DNA of 64,000 nt from Bacteroidota bacterium (lineage in GTDB: Bacteria > Bacteroidota > Bacteroidia > Cytophagales > Cyclobacteriaceae): contig JBBCGZ010000003.1 of NCBI GenBank assembly GCA_037200305.1, positions 85,657 through 149,656 of the forward strand, given 5' to 3'. The notes below the pieces were generated by a model. The model saw only the letters and a list, made by a program, of their open reading frames with translations, was not told the origin of the DNA and ran no database searches. The first letter of the stretch is position 1; the number at the start of each line of letters is the position of its first letter. The translations under genes and the position numbers were made by a program. Shown piece by piece: positions 31,385-41,530 of the stretch.

Positions 31385-32356
31385 CTACTCGACCAAAAGA
31401 TTACAGCCCCGGATATCGGAATTATCCATCCGACCAAGTACCTCAAAACTACCTTTTTGCCCCACCTTGCCTAAATCCTGGGTTTCAATAAAGGCGCAGG
31501 TGTGAATATTCGCCAGGTCGATTATGTTAATTCCGCCCCGCTCCCGCCCTTCCGACAAATCGCGCGGATCTTCCGGGTCGCGAATCACAATTTTCATCCA
31601 GGGTGGACACTGGAAAATGCCATTTCCCATCGAGTAAGCTTGCGACATCAGTTCTGTCATTCCGTACTCAGAATGAATTTTCGTATGAAAACGCCTGCCC
31701 AGAAGCTCATGCAGTTCGGCACGTGTGATCTCTTTCCGCCTGCCTTTCATGCCACCAGTTTCAAACACAATACAGTTTGAAAGATCGAGCTCATGTTGTT
31801 CTGCAAGGTCTGCCAATGCGAACGTTACGCCCCAAAGAATAACTTTTTTGTCCTGTTTTCTGCCGAGTTGATCCAGTAAACCCGACGTATTGTTGTGATA
31901 AGATGCCCCGCCCCCCAGCTTCATGAAATGTTCGATCATCGCGATCAACGAGGAACCTTGTCGCTCGGCATAGGATGGAAGCATTACAAGGAACCTGTAG
32001 TTGGATGGGTCTCCGTAAAACAATTCGAAGCACTTCACGGTGTTCCTGAGGTAGAAATCAGGATCGTAGACGAGATGCCGCGCTGAGGTCATGCCTGTAG
32101 TTCCGCTGCTTGTGAATACAGTTCGCTCGTGCCATTGATCGGTCTTTATGTCGTGGGTCTTGAAGAAAGATACCGGCAAATACGGGATGTCGCGGATGGA
32201 CCGAACGGAGTTAGGTTGAACACCGAGGTGTTGAATGTACTCTGCGTAAACGGGATTGCCTTTTGCTTGAAATTGGAAGAGTTTCAGAGCAATTTCCTCA
32301 AAGGATTGATCGTTTACGTGGTATAAACTTTCCTCGAAACTCGTAAAACTCTCCAA
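31385..32356 (-). CDS. LuxE/PaaK-family acyl-protein synthetase-like (acyltransferase)
   Basis: IPYLPVSFFK, FTSSGTTG, ETGGMKGR, SEYGMTELMSQAY, IETQDLG, GRMDNSDIRGC. Confidence 0.85.
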   Translation of the reverse strand: MESFTSFEESLYHVNDQSFEEIALKLFQFQAKGNPVYAEYIQHLGVQPNSVRSIRDIPYLPVSFFKTHDIKTDQWHERTVFTSSGTTGMTSARHLVYDPDFYLRNTVKCFELFYGDPSNYRFLVMLPSYAERQGSSLIAMIEHFMKLGGGASYHNNTSGLLDQLGRKQDKKVILWGVTFALADLAEQHELDLSNCIVFETGGMKGRRKEITRAELHELLGRRFHTKIHSEYGMTELMSQAYSMGNGIFQCPPWMKIVIRDPEDPRDLSEGRERGGINIIDLANIHTCAFIETQDLGKVGQKGSFEVLGRMDNSDIRGCNLLVE

Positions 32357-32392
32357 GCGTTTGGTTAATTTTCAGTTTGTAAATTAGAAAGA

Positions 32393-33244
32393 ATGAAGTT
32401 GCTCCGGTGGTTGTTGGTCTTGGTTTTTTGCAGTCCGCTGATCATCTCTTCGTGCTTCAACCCTCCGGAATATCCCGACACTCCGCAGATCGTTTTCAAG
32501 AGCGTAGACTTCATCAAAGGTGGTCCCACCGACGATGGTTCCCTGCCTACCGACTCAATTATCTTGAAACTTACTTTCAAAGACGGCGATGGCGATGTCG
32601 GTATTGGTTCAAAGGAGACTGCTCCCCCATTTAACGATCGCTGGTACTATACAAAATCAAGACTCCAGCCGGACCAATCCAAGCCTCCCGGTTACGACTG
32701 TTCCGCGTACGAAAACAAGTGTTACTATTATGTAGATCCTGCAAGTGGAGAATTCAGAAAATATGTGGATTACGCCGACCGAACCGATACCCCAGGTTAC
32801 GATACACTGAAGCCTTACATCAAACCATTTAATTGTACAAACTGGGAGATCATTTCTATCGACGACGACAACGACCCTCAAACATTACCCGTTCCGTTCG
32901 ACACACTATTTTTCGAGCTCAATCCACACTACAACAACTTGTTCGTCGAGTTCCAAACAAAGACCGACGATCCCGCGAATCCGTATGAAACGTTTGACGA
33001 GAATACATTCTTCACCGCGCCTTTATGTGGCATCCGCACTTTCTATGGACGCATTCCGATCCTTTCTGAAGACCTTGGACGAAGCACACCACTCGAAGGT
33101 GAGATACGGTATGCTATTCAATCAAAGTTTTTCACGACGATCTTTGGCGCAAAGACCTTGCGTCTTCGTGTATTCATAGAAGATCGTGCATTGCATGCCA
33201 GCAATGTTGTCTTTACACGTGAATTTAATCTTAGAGAGAATTAG
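32393..33244 (+). CDS. Hypothetical lipoprotein
   Basis: Lipobox ISSC-FNPPEYP, FKDGDGDVG motif, C-terminal IEDRALHASN. Confidence 0.75.
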   Translation: MKLLRWLLVLVFCSPLIISSCFNPPEYPDTPQIVFKSVDFIKGGPTDDGSLPTDSIILKLTFKDGDGDVGIGSKETAPPFNDRWYYTKSRLQPDQSKPPGYDCSAYENKCYYYVDPASGEFRKYVDYADRTDTPGYDTLKPYIKPFNCTNWEIISIDDDNDPQTLPVPFDTLFFELNPHYNNLFVEFQTKTDDPANPYETFDENTFFTAPLCGIRTFYGRIPILSEDLGRSTPLEGEIRYAIQSKFFTTIFGAKTLRLRVFIEDRALHASNVVFTREFNLREN

Positions 33245-35643
33245 TACAGCGGTTTGAAACCCGAAGGATCCGCTTCACTCATCACCTCGTACACCACATC
33301 AAATACTTCTTCAGTGCTGGGCTTACTGAAATAATCGCCGTCGCTTCCGTAAGCAGGCCTGTGTTCTTTAGCGGCAATGGTACGTGGACGTGAATCCAGG
33401 TATTGATAAGCATCCTGTTCTTCGAGTACCTTTTGCATCATGAATGCCGTGGCCCCACCCGGAACATCTTCGTCGGCAAAGATCACACGGTTAGTTTTCT
33501 TAATCGACTCAACAATCATGTTACTTAAATCGAAAGGCAACAATGTTTGTACGTCGATCACTTCGCAAGAGATGCCAACCTTCGCAAGCTCATCAGCTGC
33601 TTCCATAACGATGCGGCACATCGAACCGTAAGTAACGATGGTGATATCCGAACCTTCGCGAAGGAGTTCTGGAGCACCTAACTGAACTTTGAATTCGCCG
33701 ATGTTATCCGGAATGCGTTCTTTTAATCGATAGCCATTCAAGCACTCGATGATGAGCGCGGCATCGTCGGAAGCAAGCATGGTATTGTACATACCTGCAG
33801 CTTGTGTCATGTTGCGGGGAACCAGGACATAAATACCCCGAAGACTTCCAAGGATCATTCCCATAGGTGATCCGGCATGCCATACGCCTTCGAGACGATG
33901 ACCGCGCGAACGAATGATCAATGGAGCTTTCTGGCCACCGGCTGTTCTGTATTGCAAACAAGCGAGATCGTCAGAAAGGATCTGAACAGCATACAAAAGG
34001 TAATCGAGATACTGGATCTCGGCGATTGGTCTGAGTCCACGCAGAGCGAGACCAATGCCCTGGCCTACGATGGTACATTCGCGGATACCGGTATCAGTTA
34101 CTCGAAGCTCACCGAACTCTTTTTGTAAACCTGCAAAACCCTGGTTAACGTCGCCGATCTGTCCAACGTCTTCGCCGAATGCCAACACGAGAGGATCTCT
34201 CTTCAGCGCCGCTTCGAAACATGCACGAAGAACTTCACGACCATCGACAACATTGGAGCTTTCGGAAAAAACCGAGTCAACTTTTTCAACTTTCAGTGCC
34301 GACCAGTCGGACTGGCTATAAAGATGTGAGCTGTATCGCCTGGAATTTTCAACGGCAGTGCGACGTATCCACGCGGCCAGTTCGGTACGAACGGGATCTT
34401 CAGAATCACGAATGAGACGGAATGCAACCTTCGCAGCTTTCTGATCATCGAGACGCATCGGGTTGATGGTCTCGAACAGTGTACGACGAATGTCTTCGAC
34501 TTCACTGTTCACTTCAGTTGCATCTGCGAGGATCTTGAGCAACGACTGGTGATCGACGTTCATGTCGGCAACGAATGCTTTCCATGCGCTGTCGCGGGCT
34601 GCCTTTGCGCGAGCTTTTCCATCTTTCTCGATACGATCCATCTCTTCGGGAGATGCGAATCCTTGCGCAATGATCCATTCGCGAAACCTGGCGATACAAT
34701 CGTGCTCTGCTTCCCACTGAAGGCGTGCTTTGGACTTGTATCGTTCGTGCGAGCCGGAGGTTGAGTGACCTTGCGGCTGCGTCATTTCATCGACATGAAT
34801 GATAACGGGGATATGTTCCTCACGGCATACTTTTTCGGCCTTGCGATAGACGTCGCAAAGACCTTCGTAGTCCCAACCTTTTGCGGTGTAGATCTCGAAA
34901 CCTTTGTCGTCTTCTGTGCGCTGAAAGCCAGACAATATTTTGGAGATGCTTCCTTTCGTTGTTTGAAACTCGTTCGATACGGAGATACCGTAGTCGTCGT
35001 CCCAAACAGAAGTGAGCATTGGTACTTGAAGCACTCCAGCGGCGTTGATCGATTCGAAGAACATGCCTTCGGAAGTAGATGCGTTGCCGATGGTGCCGAA
35101 TGCGATCTCGTTACCGTTGTTCGAGAGATTTTTATACTTCGAGAGACCTGCGTTTTGTCTGAATAATTTAGAAGCGTAAGCGAGACCGAGGAGTCGCGGC
35201 ATTTGCGCGGCCGTAGGAGAAATGTCGGAGCTGCTGTTCTTAAGCTTCGAGAGCTCTTTCAATTCGCCTTTGTCGTCGATCATGCGTGTGGCGAAGTGGC
35301 CATTCATTAAACGACCGGCAGAAGCGGGATCTGCTTCTACATCGGTGTGCGCATAAAGCTGGGCGAAATATTGTTCGAGTGTGAGTTCGCCGATGGCGAG
35401 CATGAAAGTTTGGTCGCGGTAATAACCTGCGCGGTGGTCGCCGTTGCGGAACACTTTTGCCATCGCGATTTGTGCGATCTCTTTGCCGTCGCCGAAGATG
35501 CCGAACTTGGCTTTACCCAGAAACACTTCTTTACGGCCAAGCAAACTCGCCTCCCTGCTTTCGCAAGCAAGCCGGAAATCGTCCAGGATGCTGGCGATTT
35601 TTTTCTCCGATTTAGAGGTGGTTACGGTCTTGGGCGCGTTCAA
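33241..35643 (-). CDS. 2-oxoacid (branched-chain type) dehydrogenase E1, fused alpha+beta
   Basis: GKAKFGIFGDGKE, GNASTSEG, QPQGHSTSGSHERY, GEDVG, DTGIRE, AEIQYLDY, EVIDVQTLLP. Confidence 0.9.
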   Translation of the reverse strand: MNAPKTVTTSKSEKKIASILDDFRLACESREASLLGRKEVFLGKAKFGIFGDGKEIAQIAMAKVFRNGDHRAGYYRDQTFMLAIGELTLEQYFAQLYAHTDVEADPASAGRLMNGHFATRMIDDKGELKELSKLKNSSSDISPTAAQMPRLLGLAYASKLFRQNAGLSKYKNLSNNGNEIAFGTIGNASTSEGMFFESINAAGVLQVPMLTSVWDDDYGISVSNEFQTTKGSISKILSGFQRTEDDKGFEIYTAKGWDYEGLCDVYRKAEKVCREEHIPVIIHVDEMTQPQGHSTSGSHERYKSKARLQWEAEHDCIARFREWIIAQGFASPEEMDRIEKDGKARAKAARDSAWKAFVADMNVDHQSLLKILADATEVNSEVEDIRRTLFETINPMRLDDQKAAKVAFRLIRDSEDPVRTELAAWIRRTAVENSRRYSSHLYSQSDWSALKVEKVDSVFSESSNVVDGREVLRACFEAALKRDPLVLAFGEDVGQIGDVNQGFAGLQKEFGELRVTDTGIRECTIVGQGIGLALRGLRPIAEIQYLDYLLYAVQILSDDLACLQYRTAGGQKAPLIIRSRGHRLEGVWHAGSPMGMILGSLRGIYVLVPRNMTQAAGMYNTMLASDDAALIIECLNGYRLKERIPDNIGEFKVQLGAPELLREGSDITIVTYGSMCRIVMEAADELAKVGISCEVIDVQTLLPFDLSNMIVESIKKTNRVIFADEDVPGGATAFMMQKVLEEQDAYQYLDSRPRTIAAKEHRPAYGSDGDYFSKPSTEEVFDVVYEVMSEADPSGFKPLY

Positions 35644-35724
35644 ACTTCAAACGTTTGTGGCAAAAATAACTAAAATAGGTGCGCGCTTCAAAGGGTCGCA
35701 ATACCGCATAATATTATATGTTCA

Positions 35725-36093
35725 TTAATGTGTTTCGCGAAAGAAAGTTACCCAATCTCCGTTTTCGACGAGAGGATAATTTTCTGGCGTTTCGACGAGA
35801 TACATGTTGGCCTGCATTTCATTGACCACGACGTTTTCCAAAAAATATCCTTCATCCATTTCGAGCTTGTGTATCATTTCTCTTGTAGACCTATCGACAA
35901 TCTTGAATAGTTCCACGACGATGGAATCAGCTAATGATGAAGATTTAACTGCAACTGGAAAATCTCCCCTGGAATAAAGGCGATAGCCGCGAAGTCGCGC
36001 AGAAAAAAGATATTTTAGGTGTTTGCTATGAAGAGAGTGATTCTCCATTCCGCGTCGCAAGGACCCGTAGAATGCAAAAATTGTATTTTCCAT
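35725..36093 (-). CDS. Gamma-glutamylcyclotransferase family protein
   Basis: FAFYGSLRRGMENH, HKLE, GDW. Confidence 0.85.
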   Translation of the reverse strand: MENTIFAFYGSLRRGMENHSLHSKHLKYLFSARLRGYRLYSRGDFPVAVKSSSLADSIVVELFKIVDRSTREMIHKLEMDEGYFLENVVVNEMQANMYLVETPENYPLVENGDWVTFFRETH

Positions 36094-36095
36094 TA

Positions 36096-36103
36096 TATAT
36101 TTG
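36096..36103 (+). promoter_or_regulatory. Bacteroidota -7 promoter box for ald
   Basis: TATATTTG about 30 nt upstream of the ald ATG. Confidence 0.6.
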
Positions 36104-36134
36104 CACGCTTAATTTCAAACTAAATTTCATCAAA

Positions 36135-37247
36135 ATGATCATCGGCGTTCCGAAAGAAATAAAGAACAATGAAAACAGGGTTGCGCTTACACCAGCAGGA
36201 ACAGCAGAGTTGTTGAAGCGCGGTCACACTGTTTACATCCAAACAAAAGCTGGCGAGGGAAGTGGCTTTAGTGATGATGAATATGCAGGCGCTGGCGCAA
36301 AGATCCTTGGGAAAGCTGAAGAAGTTTTCAGCATCGCAGAGATGATCATGAAGGTGAAGGAGCCGATCGAACAAGAGTATGAATTGATCCGCAAAGATCA
36401 ATTAGTGTTTACATATTTTCACTTCGCTTCGTACGAACCTCTCGCGCACGCGATGATCAAGACCGGAGCTATCTGTCTTGCTTACGAAACTGTTGAACGC
36501 CCCGATGGAAGTTTGCCATTGCTCGTTCCGATGAGTGAAGTAGCAGGACGTATGTCGATACAGGAAGGCGCGAAGTACCTGGAGAAGCCATTGAAAGGAA
36601 GAGGCATATTACTTGGTGGTGTTCCCGGTGTGATGCCAGCAAAAGTATTGATCCTCGGCGGTGGTGTTGTTGGAACGAATGCTGCGAAGATCGCTGCAGG
36701 CATGGGCGCAGATGTTACGATCACCGATGTAAATATCAATCGCCTTCGTTATCTCGACGATGTGATGCCGAAGAATGTTCACACGATGGTATCCAGTGAA
36801 TATATGATCCGCGATCTCGTAAGAACACATGATCTTATCGTTGGTGCTGTGTTGATCCCTGGTGCAAAAGCTCCGAAGCTCATCACGCGCGACATGCTAA
36901 AGACGATGCGTCCCGGTACAGTGCTGGTGGATGTTGCGGTAGACCAGGGTGGATGTATTGAAACCTGCAAGCCAACAACACACGAGAATCCTACTTACAT
37001 CATCGACGACGTTGTTCACTATTGTGTTGCCAACATGCCAGGTGCGGTTCCTTATACATCGACACTCGCGCTCACGAATGCAACCCTGCCTTACGCAATC
37101 AAACTTGCAGGCAATGGTTGGAAGAAAGCTGCGCAGGAAAGCCAGGATCTTTGCAAAGGACTGAATGTGATCAATGGAAAGGTAGTGTACAAAGCGGTAG
37201 CGGATGCGTTTGGACTACCGTACACTGACGTCAAATCAGTACTGTAG
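36135..37247 (+). CDS. ald: Alanine dehydrogenase
   Basis: MIIGVPKEIKNNENRVALTP, KVKEP, PMSEVAGR, GGGVVG, DVAVDQGGC, YCVANMPGAVP. Confidence 0.97.
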   Translation: MIIGVPKEIKNNENRVALTPAGTAELLKRGHTVYIQTKAGEGSGFSDDEYAGAGAKILGKAEEVFSIAEMIMKVKEPIEQEYELIRKDQLVFTYFHFASYEPLAHAMIKTGAICLAYETVERPDGSLPLLVPMSEVAGRMSIQEGAKYLEKPLKGRGILLGGVPGVMPAKVLILGGGVVGTNAAKIAAGMGADVTITDVNINRLRYLDDVMPKNVHTMVSSEYMIRDLVRTHDLIVGAVLIPGAKAPKLITRDMLKTMRPGTVLVDVAVDQGGCIETCKPTTHENPTYIIDDVVHYCVANMPGAVPYTSTLALTNATLPYAIKLAGNGWKKAAQESQDLCKGLNVINGKVVYKAVADAFGLPYTDVKSVL

Positions 37248-38006
37248 ATGTTTCACCGTTACGCCGTTGTTGATCAACTGCTTCAACGAATCGATCCCAA
37301 TCTTTATATGTAACTCGACGAAGTTAGTGGTGACATGTTTATCACTAGCTTCAGTCTTTACACCTTCCGGACTCATAGGCGAATCCGACACGAGCAATAA
37401 AGCGCCGGTGGGAATGTCGTTATAAAATCCAGTAGAAAATATCGTTGCAGTCTCCATGTCGATTGCCATGGCATGAATACGCACCAGGTAATCTTTGAAG
37501 TTTTCATCCCACTCCCACACACGCCGGTTGGTGGTATACACAGTTCCAGTCCAATAGTCCTGGTTGTAATCGCGAATGGTTGTTGATGTCGCTTTCTGCA
37601 ATGCGAAAGCTGGCAGCGACGGAACTTCGGGTGGGAAATAGTCATTCGACGTGCCCTCGCCGCGAATAGCCGCGATCGGGAGGATGAAGTCGCCTATCGA
37701 GTTCTTACTTTTCAGACCACCGCACTTGCCAAGAAAAAGACAGGCTTCGGGTTTAATGGCAGTTAAACAATCCATGACTGTTGCTGCATTGGGACTTCCC
37801 ATACCGAAGTTGATGATCGTGATGCCTTCTGCTGTCGCACAACGAAATGCGCGATCGAGTCCGTGAACTTCAACGTTGTGCCATTCGGCAAACAACCGAA
37901 CGTAGTTATCGAAGTTGGTAAGCAGGATATATTTACCGAATGCATCCAATGGCATACCGGTGTATCTTGGCAACCAGTTTTCAACAATATCTTGTTTGCT
38001 CTTCAT
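37236..38006 (-). CDS. amn: AMP nucleosidase
   Basis: NWLPRYTG, YILLTNF, INFGMGSPNAAT, AIRGEGTS, AIDMETAT. Confidence 0.93.
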   Translation of the reverse strand: MKSKQDIVENWLPRYTGMPLDAFGKYILLTNFDNYVRLFAEWHNVEVHGLDRAFRCATAEGITIINFGMGSPNAATVMDCLTAIKPEACLFLGKCGGLKSKNSIGDFILPIAAIRGEGTSNDYFPPEVPSLPAFALQKATSTTIRDYNQDYWTGTVYTTNRRVWEWDENFKDYLVRIHAMAIDMETATIFSTGFYNDIPTGALLLVSDSPMSPEGVKTEASDKHVTTNFVELHIKIGIDSLKQLINNGVTVKHLQY

Positions 38007-38017
38007 ATTTTTGACCT

Positions 38018-38461
38018 GTGTATAAACTAAACCTTCCCGAAGCGGCGCTGTCCTTGAAGAAAGAGGAAGGCAAAGTATATATTTTCGACATCATTCGAAA
38101 AAAATACGTGGTCGCTACTCCGGAAGAATGGGTAAGACAACATTTTATTCATTTCCTCATAAACCATCTGAAATACCCGCGATCATTATTCAGGATAGAA
38201 GGAGCGCTTGCCTACAACAGGCTTCAAAAACGCTCCGATATTTTAATTCGTAATCGCGAGGGTAAACCGTGGATGTTGGTCGAGTGCAAGTCGCCAGTGA
38301 TCAAGCTTACGCAAAAGGCATTCAATCAAATCGCAGTTTACAACATGACGATTGGTGCACCGTACCTGGCTGTTACCAATGGGATGGTGCACTATTGCTG
38401 CCCGGCACCGAAGGCTGGAGAGGATGCTAAGTTTGAGACGCAGTTTCCCGAATTTTTGTGA
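38018..38461 (+). CDS. Standalone type I restriction enzyme HsdR N-terminal domain protein
   Basis: IFDIIRKKYV..TPEEWVRQH, RSDI, VECK, Q...YN, VTNG. Confidence 0.85.
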   Translation: MYKLNLPEAALSLKKEEGKVYIFDIIRKKYVVATPEEWVRQHFIHFLINHLKYPRSLFRIEGALAYNRLQKRSDILIRNREGKPWMLVECKSPVIKLTQKAFNQIAVYNMTIGAPYLAVTNGMVHYCCPAPKAGEDAKFETQFPEFL

Positions 38462-38502
38462 CGCGGAGGATACGTGAAGGGAGCAAAGGATACGCTTAGA
38501 AA

Positions 38503-39822
38503 TTACTTTTTTATCCTGTTAGTCATCACTAACCCGACGAAGCCAAAAGCAAAAAACACAATCAGGCTCAACACTGAATTCTTCATTCCGAGAATGTTGT
38601 CGATGTATCCGAATGTAAATGTTCCTATTACGATCGCGATCTTTTCGGTTACATCGTAGAAGCTAAAGAACGATGCGGTGTCTTCTGTAACTGGCATCAG
38701 CTTGCTATACGTGCTCCGGCTAAGCGCTTGTATCCCACCCATCACCAATCCGACTGCTACGGCCAATCCATAAAAATAATATTCAGCCGAATACCCATGT
38801 TCTTTCAGCACTGCAACTTCATAAGCCGACACACAGATCACCACCCAGAACAACACAACACCCATGAGAACTTTCAGGTTGCCATAAGTGCGCGAAAATC
38901 TCGACATGAGGAAGGCTCCTGCTATCGCAACCAATTGTATGAGCACTACCGTTACGATGAGCTTGTTGGGCGGAAGGCCTAATGTTTTCTGTCCGAACAT
39001 CGTAGCGGCAAGCATAACGGTTTGCACACCCATGCTATAGAACCAGAATGACGCGAGATATGAGCGAAGCTGCGGAAGCTCTTTGAGTTTGTGCCAGACC
39101 TTGCGAAGCTCGGTGAAACCATCGGTCCACATGTTGTGACCATGCTTTGCGCGTTTTGGGGGGCTTGGCAATCGTATGAATGTGATCTGCGCGAACCCAA
39201 TCCACCATACACCAACTAACAGGAATGTTATCAACGGACCTGAAACATTATCACCCTTGCCACTGAAGTAGATAACGAGGGCAAAGCCAACCATTTGAAG
39301 GATCACTGCCCCGATATAACCCATTGCGAAGCCGCGAGCACTTACGCGGTCCTGGTTTTCGATCGAGGCGATCTCTGGCAGGTAAGAATTATAGAACACC
39401 AGGCTGCCGCAATAACCTATGGTTGCCAATACAAAACATAAGAGTCCCCATTCAACGCTCGGTTGAGGGCCTTTGAACCAGAACAAACCGATACAGCCGA
39501 GTCCGCCCATGTAGCAGAAGAACTGCATGAATCTTTTTTTGCTTCCACGAGAGTCGGCGATCGAAGAAAGGATGGGTAATAACAATGCGATCGATAAGTA
39601 TGCGATCGAAAGTGTGTACTGATACAACGGAGAGTTTTTAAAAGTCATGCCGAGAAACGGCACGGTATCTTCGCCGTAGGCGGATTTTGTGACACCTAAA
39701 AAGTAGATGGGGAAGAATGTGGTGGTGATGACGAGGTTGTAGACCGAGTTAGCCCAGTCGTACATGGTCCATGCCCGGATAATTTTAGGTTGATCCGGAA
39801 GGATCTTAGGGGTTACTGTCAT
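38503..39822 (-). CDS. MFS transporter (UMF1/Atg22-like)
   Basis: AWTMYDWANS, FYNSYLPEIA, MGGIQALSRSTYS; about 12 TM segments. Confidence 0.9.
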   Translation of the reverse strand: MTVTPKILPDQPKIIRAWTMYDWANSVYNLVITTTFFPIYFLGVTKSAYGEDTVPFLGMTFKNSPLYQYTLSIAYLSIALLLPILSSIADSRGSKKRFMQFFCYMGGLGCIGLFWFKGPQPSVEWGLLCFVLATIGYCGSLVFYNSYLPEIASIENQDRVSARGFAMGYIGAVILQMVGFALVIYFSGKGDNVSGPLITFLLVGVWWIGFAQITFIRLPSPPKRAKHGHNMWTDGFTELRKVWHKLKELPQLRSYLASFWFYSMGVQTVMLAATMFGQKTLGLPPNKLIVTVVLIQLVAIAGAFLMSRFSRTYGNLKVLMGVVLFWVVICVSAYEVAVLKEHGYSAEYYFYGLAVAVGLVMGGIQALSRSTYSKLMPVTEDTASFFSFYDVTEKIAIVIGTFTFGYIDNILGMKNSVLSLIVFFAFGFVGLVMTNRIKK

Positions 39823-39894
39823 AGATAGGTAATCGCAGTGAGGGGGCTATAGCGATTACAGGTGAAAAATGCATATCTGTTCCTTAAATAGCAA

Positions 39895-40221
39895 CTATTT
39901 CTGGCGCAGACATAAACTGTTTCCATCTAAATCCTTCAACCACGCGAATTTGCCCCACGGTGTCTCATCAATCCTGCCCACTTCGATTCTATCAGATTTT
40001 AATTTCTTGATCTCTGCCTCGATATCCAGGGTCTCGCAGATGATGGCCTGAAAACTTGCCAGTGAAATGCTGGTAGTGCTACCGGGCAACCCCATTTGTA
40101 TCCAGGTTTGACCATGGGGATCGGGTGCTTCAATTATAACCTGGAACCCTAACCTGAGATAAAACTCCTTCGCCTTCTCCCTGTCTGCCACCGGCAGCAT
40201 AATAATTTCTATTGATTTCAT
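39895..40221 (-). CDS. VOC/glyoxalase family protein
   Basis: PVADREKAKEFY, ETPWGKFAWLKDLDGN. Confidence 0.85.
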   Translation of the reverse strand: MKSIEIIMLPVADREKAKEFYLRLGFQVIIEAPDPHGQTWIQMGLPGSTTSISLASFQAIICETLDIEAEIKKLKSDRIEVGRIDETPWGKFAWLKDLDGNSLCLRQK

Positions 40222-40350
40222 TCCCGAAATTTTTAAATGACATAGCAAAGCTATTGAATGAGTATATCCCGTTCGCCGGGTAAACCCGACATTCTTACCC
40301 GTCGATTGCGGCGTGTCAAGTCGATATATTTGTGAATCCTATCTACCACG

Positions 40351-41328
40351 ATGAAGCACGTTTCCATCCTTCCGCTTTATGATGCAACACTTTCAAGCAT
40401 CGATAGCAGTTATCAGCTCTTTAGCCGCGTAAATGACTTTATGCGATACCAGGGAAAGGCTCCCTTTTATGATATTGAAATTGTTGGACTTGCGAGGAAC
40501 ACTGAATTGTCGGGCGGACGATACACGATTCGCACCGATAGAACGAACGCCGACGTACGCAAAACTGATGTAATCATATTGCCGCTGTTGTGTGGCGACT
40601 TTAAGAAAGCCATCGAGGAGAATCAACAATACACTGACTGGCTAATACATCAATATCGTGCTGGCGCAGAAATACTTTGCCTGTGCGTTGGGTCATTCTA
40701 CCTGGCGTCAACTGGGTTGTTAGATGGCAGGCAATGCGCAATACACTGGGCTGCAGCAAATGAGTTTACGCAACTCTTTCCCGCAGTAAAAGTTGTGAAC
40801 GATGGCTTCATAACGGATGAGAAGGGCATTTATACCTGTGGTGGCGGTTTCTCTTATCTTAATTTGATCCTATACCTGTTCGAAAAACACCTCGGCAGAG
40901 AAGTATCGATACTCGCATCCAAGATGTTTGAAATAGATATCGAACGGAAAAGTCAGAATCCCTATGCAATTTTCATGGGACAAAAACATCACGGTGATGC
41001 GTTGGTTTTAAGAGCACAGGAAATGATTGAAAACAGTCCCGCAAATAACTGGACCGTAGATGACATTTGTAACAAGCTGAGTATCGGGAGGCGAACCTTT
41101 GAACGACGATTTAAATTGTGCACGGCCAACACGATAGCAGGCTACGTGCAAAGAGTAAAAGTTGAGTTTGCCAAGAAGCAGTTAGAAGCCGGTGATAAGA
41201 CGATCAATGAGATCGTGTATGAGACAGGTTATGTCGATGTCGATGCTTTCAGAAAGGTTTTCAGGAGGGTGACAGACTTATCGCCCATCGAATACCGCAA
41301 AAAATATTCTTCCAGAAAACCGGTGTAG
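40351..41328 (+). CDS. GlxA-family regulator (DJ-1/PfpI + AraC HTH)
   Basis: LCVGSFYLASTGLLDG, HW, RTFERRFK, C-terminal AraC HTH. A TATATTTG promoter box lies at 40325-40332. Confidence 0.9.
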   Translation: MKHVSILPLYDATLSSIDSSYQLFSRVNDFMRYQGKAPFYDIEIVGLARNTELSGGRYTIRTDRTNADVRKTDVIILPLLCGDFKKAIEENQQYTDWLIHQYRAGAEILCLCVGSFYLASTGLLDGRQCAIHWAAANEFTQLFPAVKVVNDGFITDEKGIYTCGGGFSYLNLILYLFEKHLGREVSILASKMFEIDIERKSQNPYAIFMGQKHHGDALVLRAQEMIENSPANNWTVDDICNKLSIGRRTFERRFKLCTANTIAGYVQRVKVEFAKKQLEAGDKTINEIVYETGYVDVDAFRKVFRRVTDLSPIEYRKKYSSRKPV

Positions 41329-41330
41329 TG

Positions 41331-41417
41331 CGGAGAGGGCGGGATTCGAACCCGCGATACCCTTTCAGGTATACACACTTTCCAGGCGTGCTCCTTCAAC
41401 CACTCGGACACCTCTCC
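41331..41417 (-). tRNA. tRNA-Ser(GGA), CCA not encoded
   Basis: GGAGAGGTGTCCGAGTGGTTGAAGGAGCACGCCT-GGA-AAGTGTG, long variable arm, GGTTCGAATCCCGCCCTCTCCG. Confidence 0.97.
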
Positions 41418-41494
41418 AAAAAAACTTACCCGGTCTTTCGGGGCCACAAAGAAATGGATAAAATCCTTCTGTTTTAAATCAGTAGATAAATTAT

Positions 41495-41530
41495 TATCTT
41501 TGTGACTAAGATATTTACCCATTAAGATAT
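41495..41530 (+). promoter_or_regulatory. -7 promoter box overlapped by a candidate MarR operator
   Basis: TATCTTTG (TAnnTTTG) lies inside the inverted repeat TATCTT-N7-AAGATA (41495-41513); TAAGATAT is repeated at 41507 and 41523. Confidence 0.6.

Noticed and set aside
31385-32356. LuxE homologue as evidence of bioluminescence
   Set aside because: No luxA/B/C/D nearby; standalone LuxE-like genes are common in Bacteroidota.
38018-38461. Type I restriction-modification system
   Set aside because: Only the small HsdR N-terminal domain is present, with no helicase, hsdM or hsdS. It is a conserved standalone gene next to amn.
39829-39859. Possible att remnant of the tRNA-Ser 3' end (GCAGTGAGGGGGC) inside a GTAATCGC/GCGATTAC inverted repeat
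   Set aside because: Only about 9 of 13 bases match and no integrase is present, so it is not distinguishable from chance.
41229-41522. 97-aa ORF
   Set aside because: Runs through the tRNA-Ser gene; spurious.
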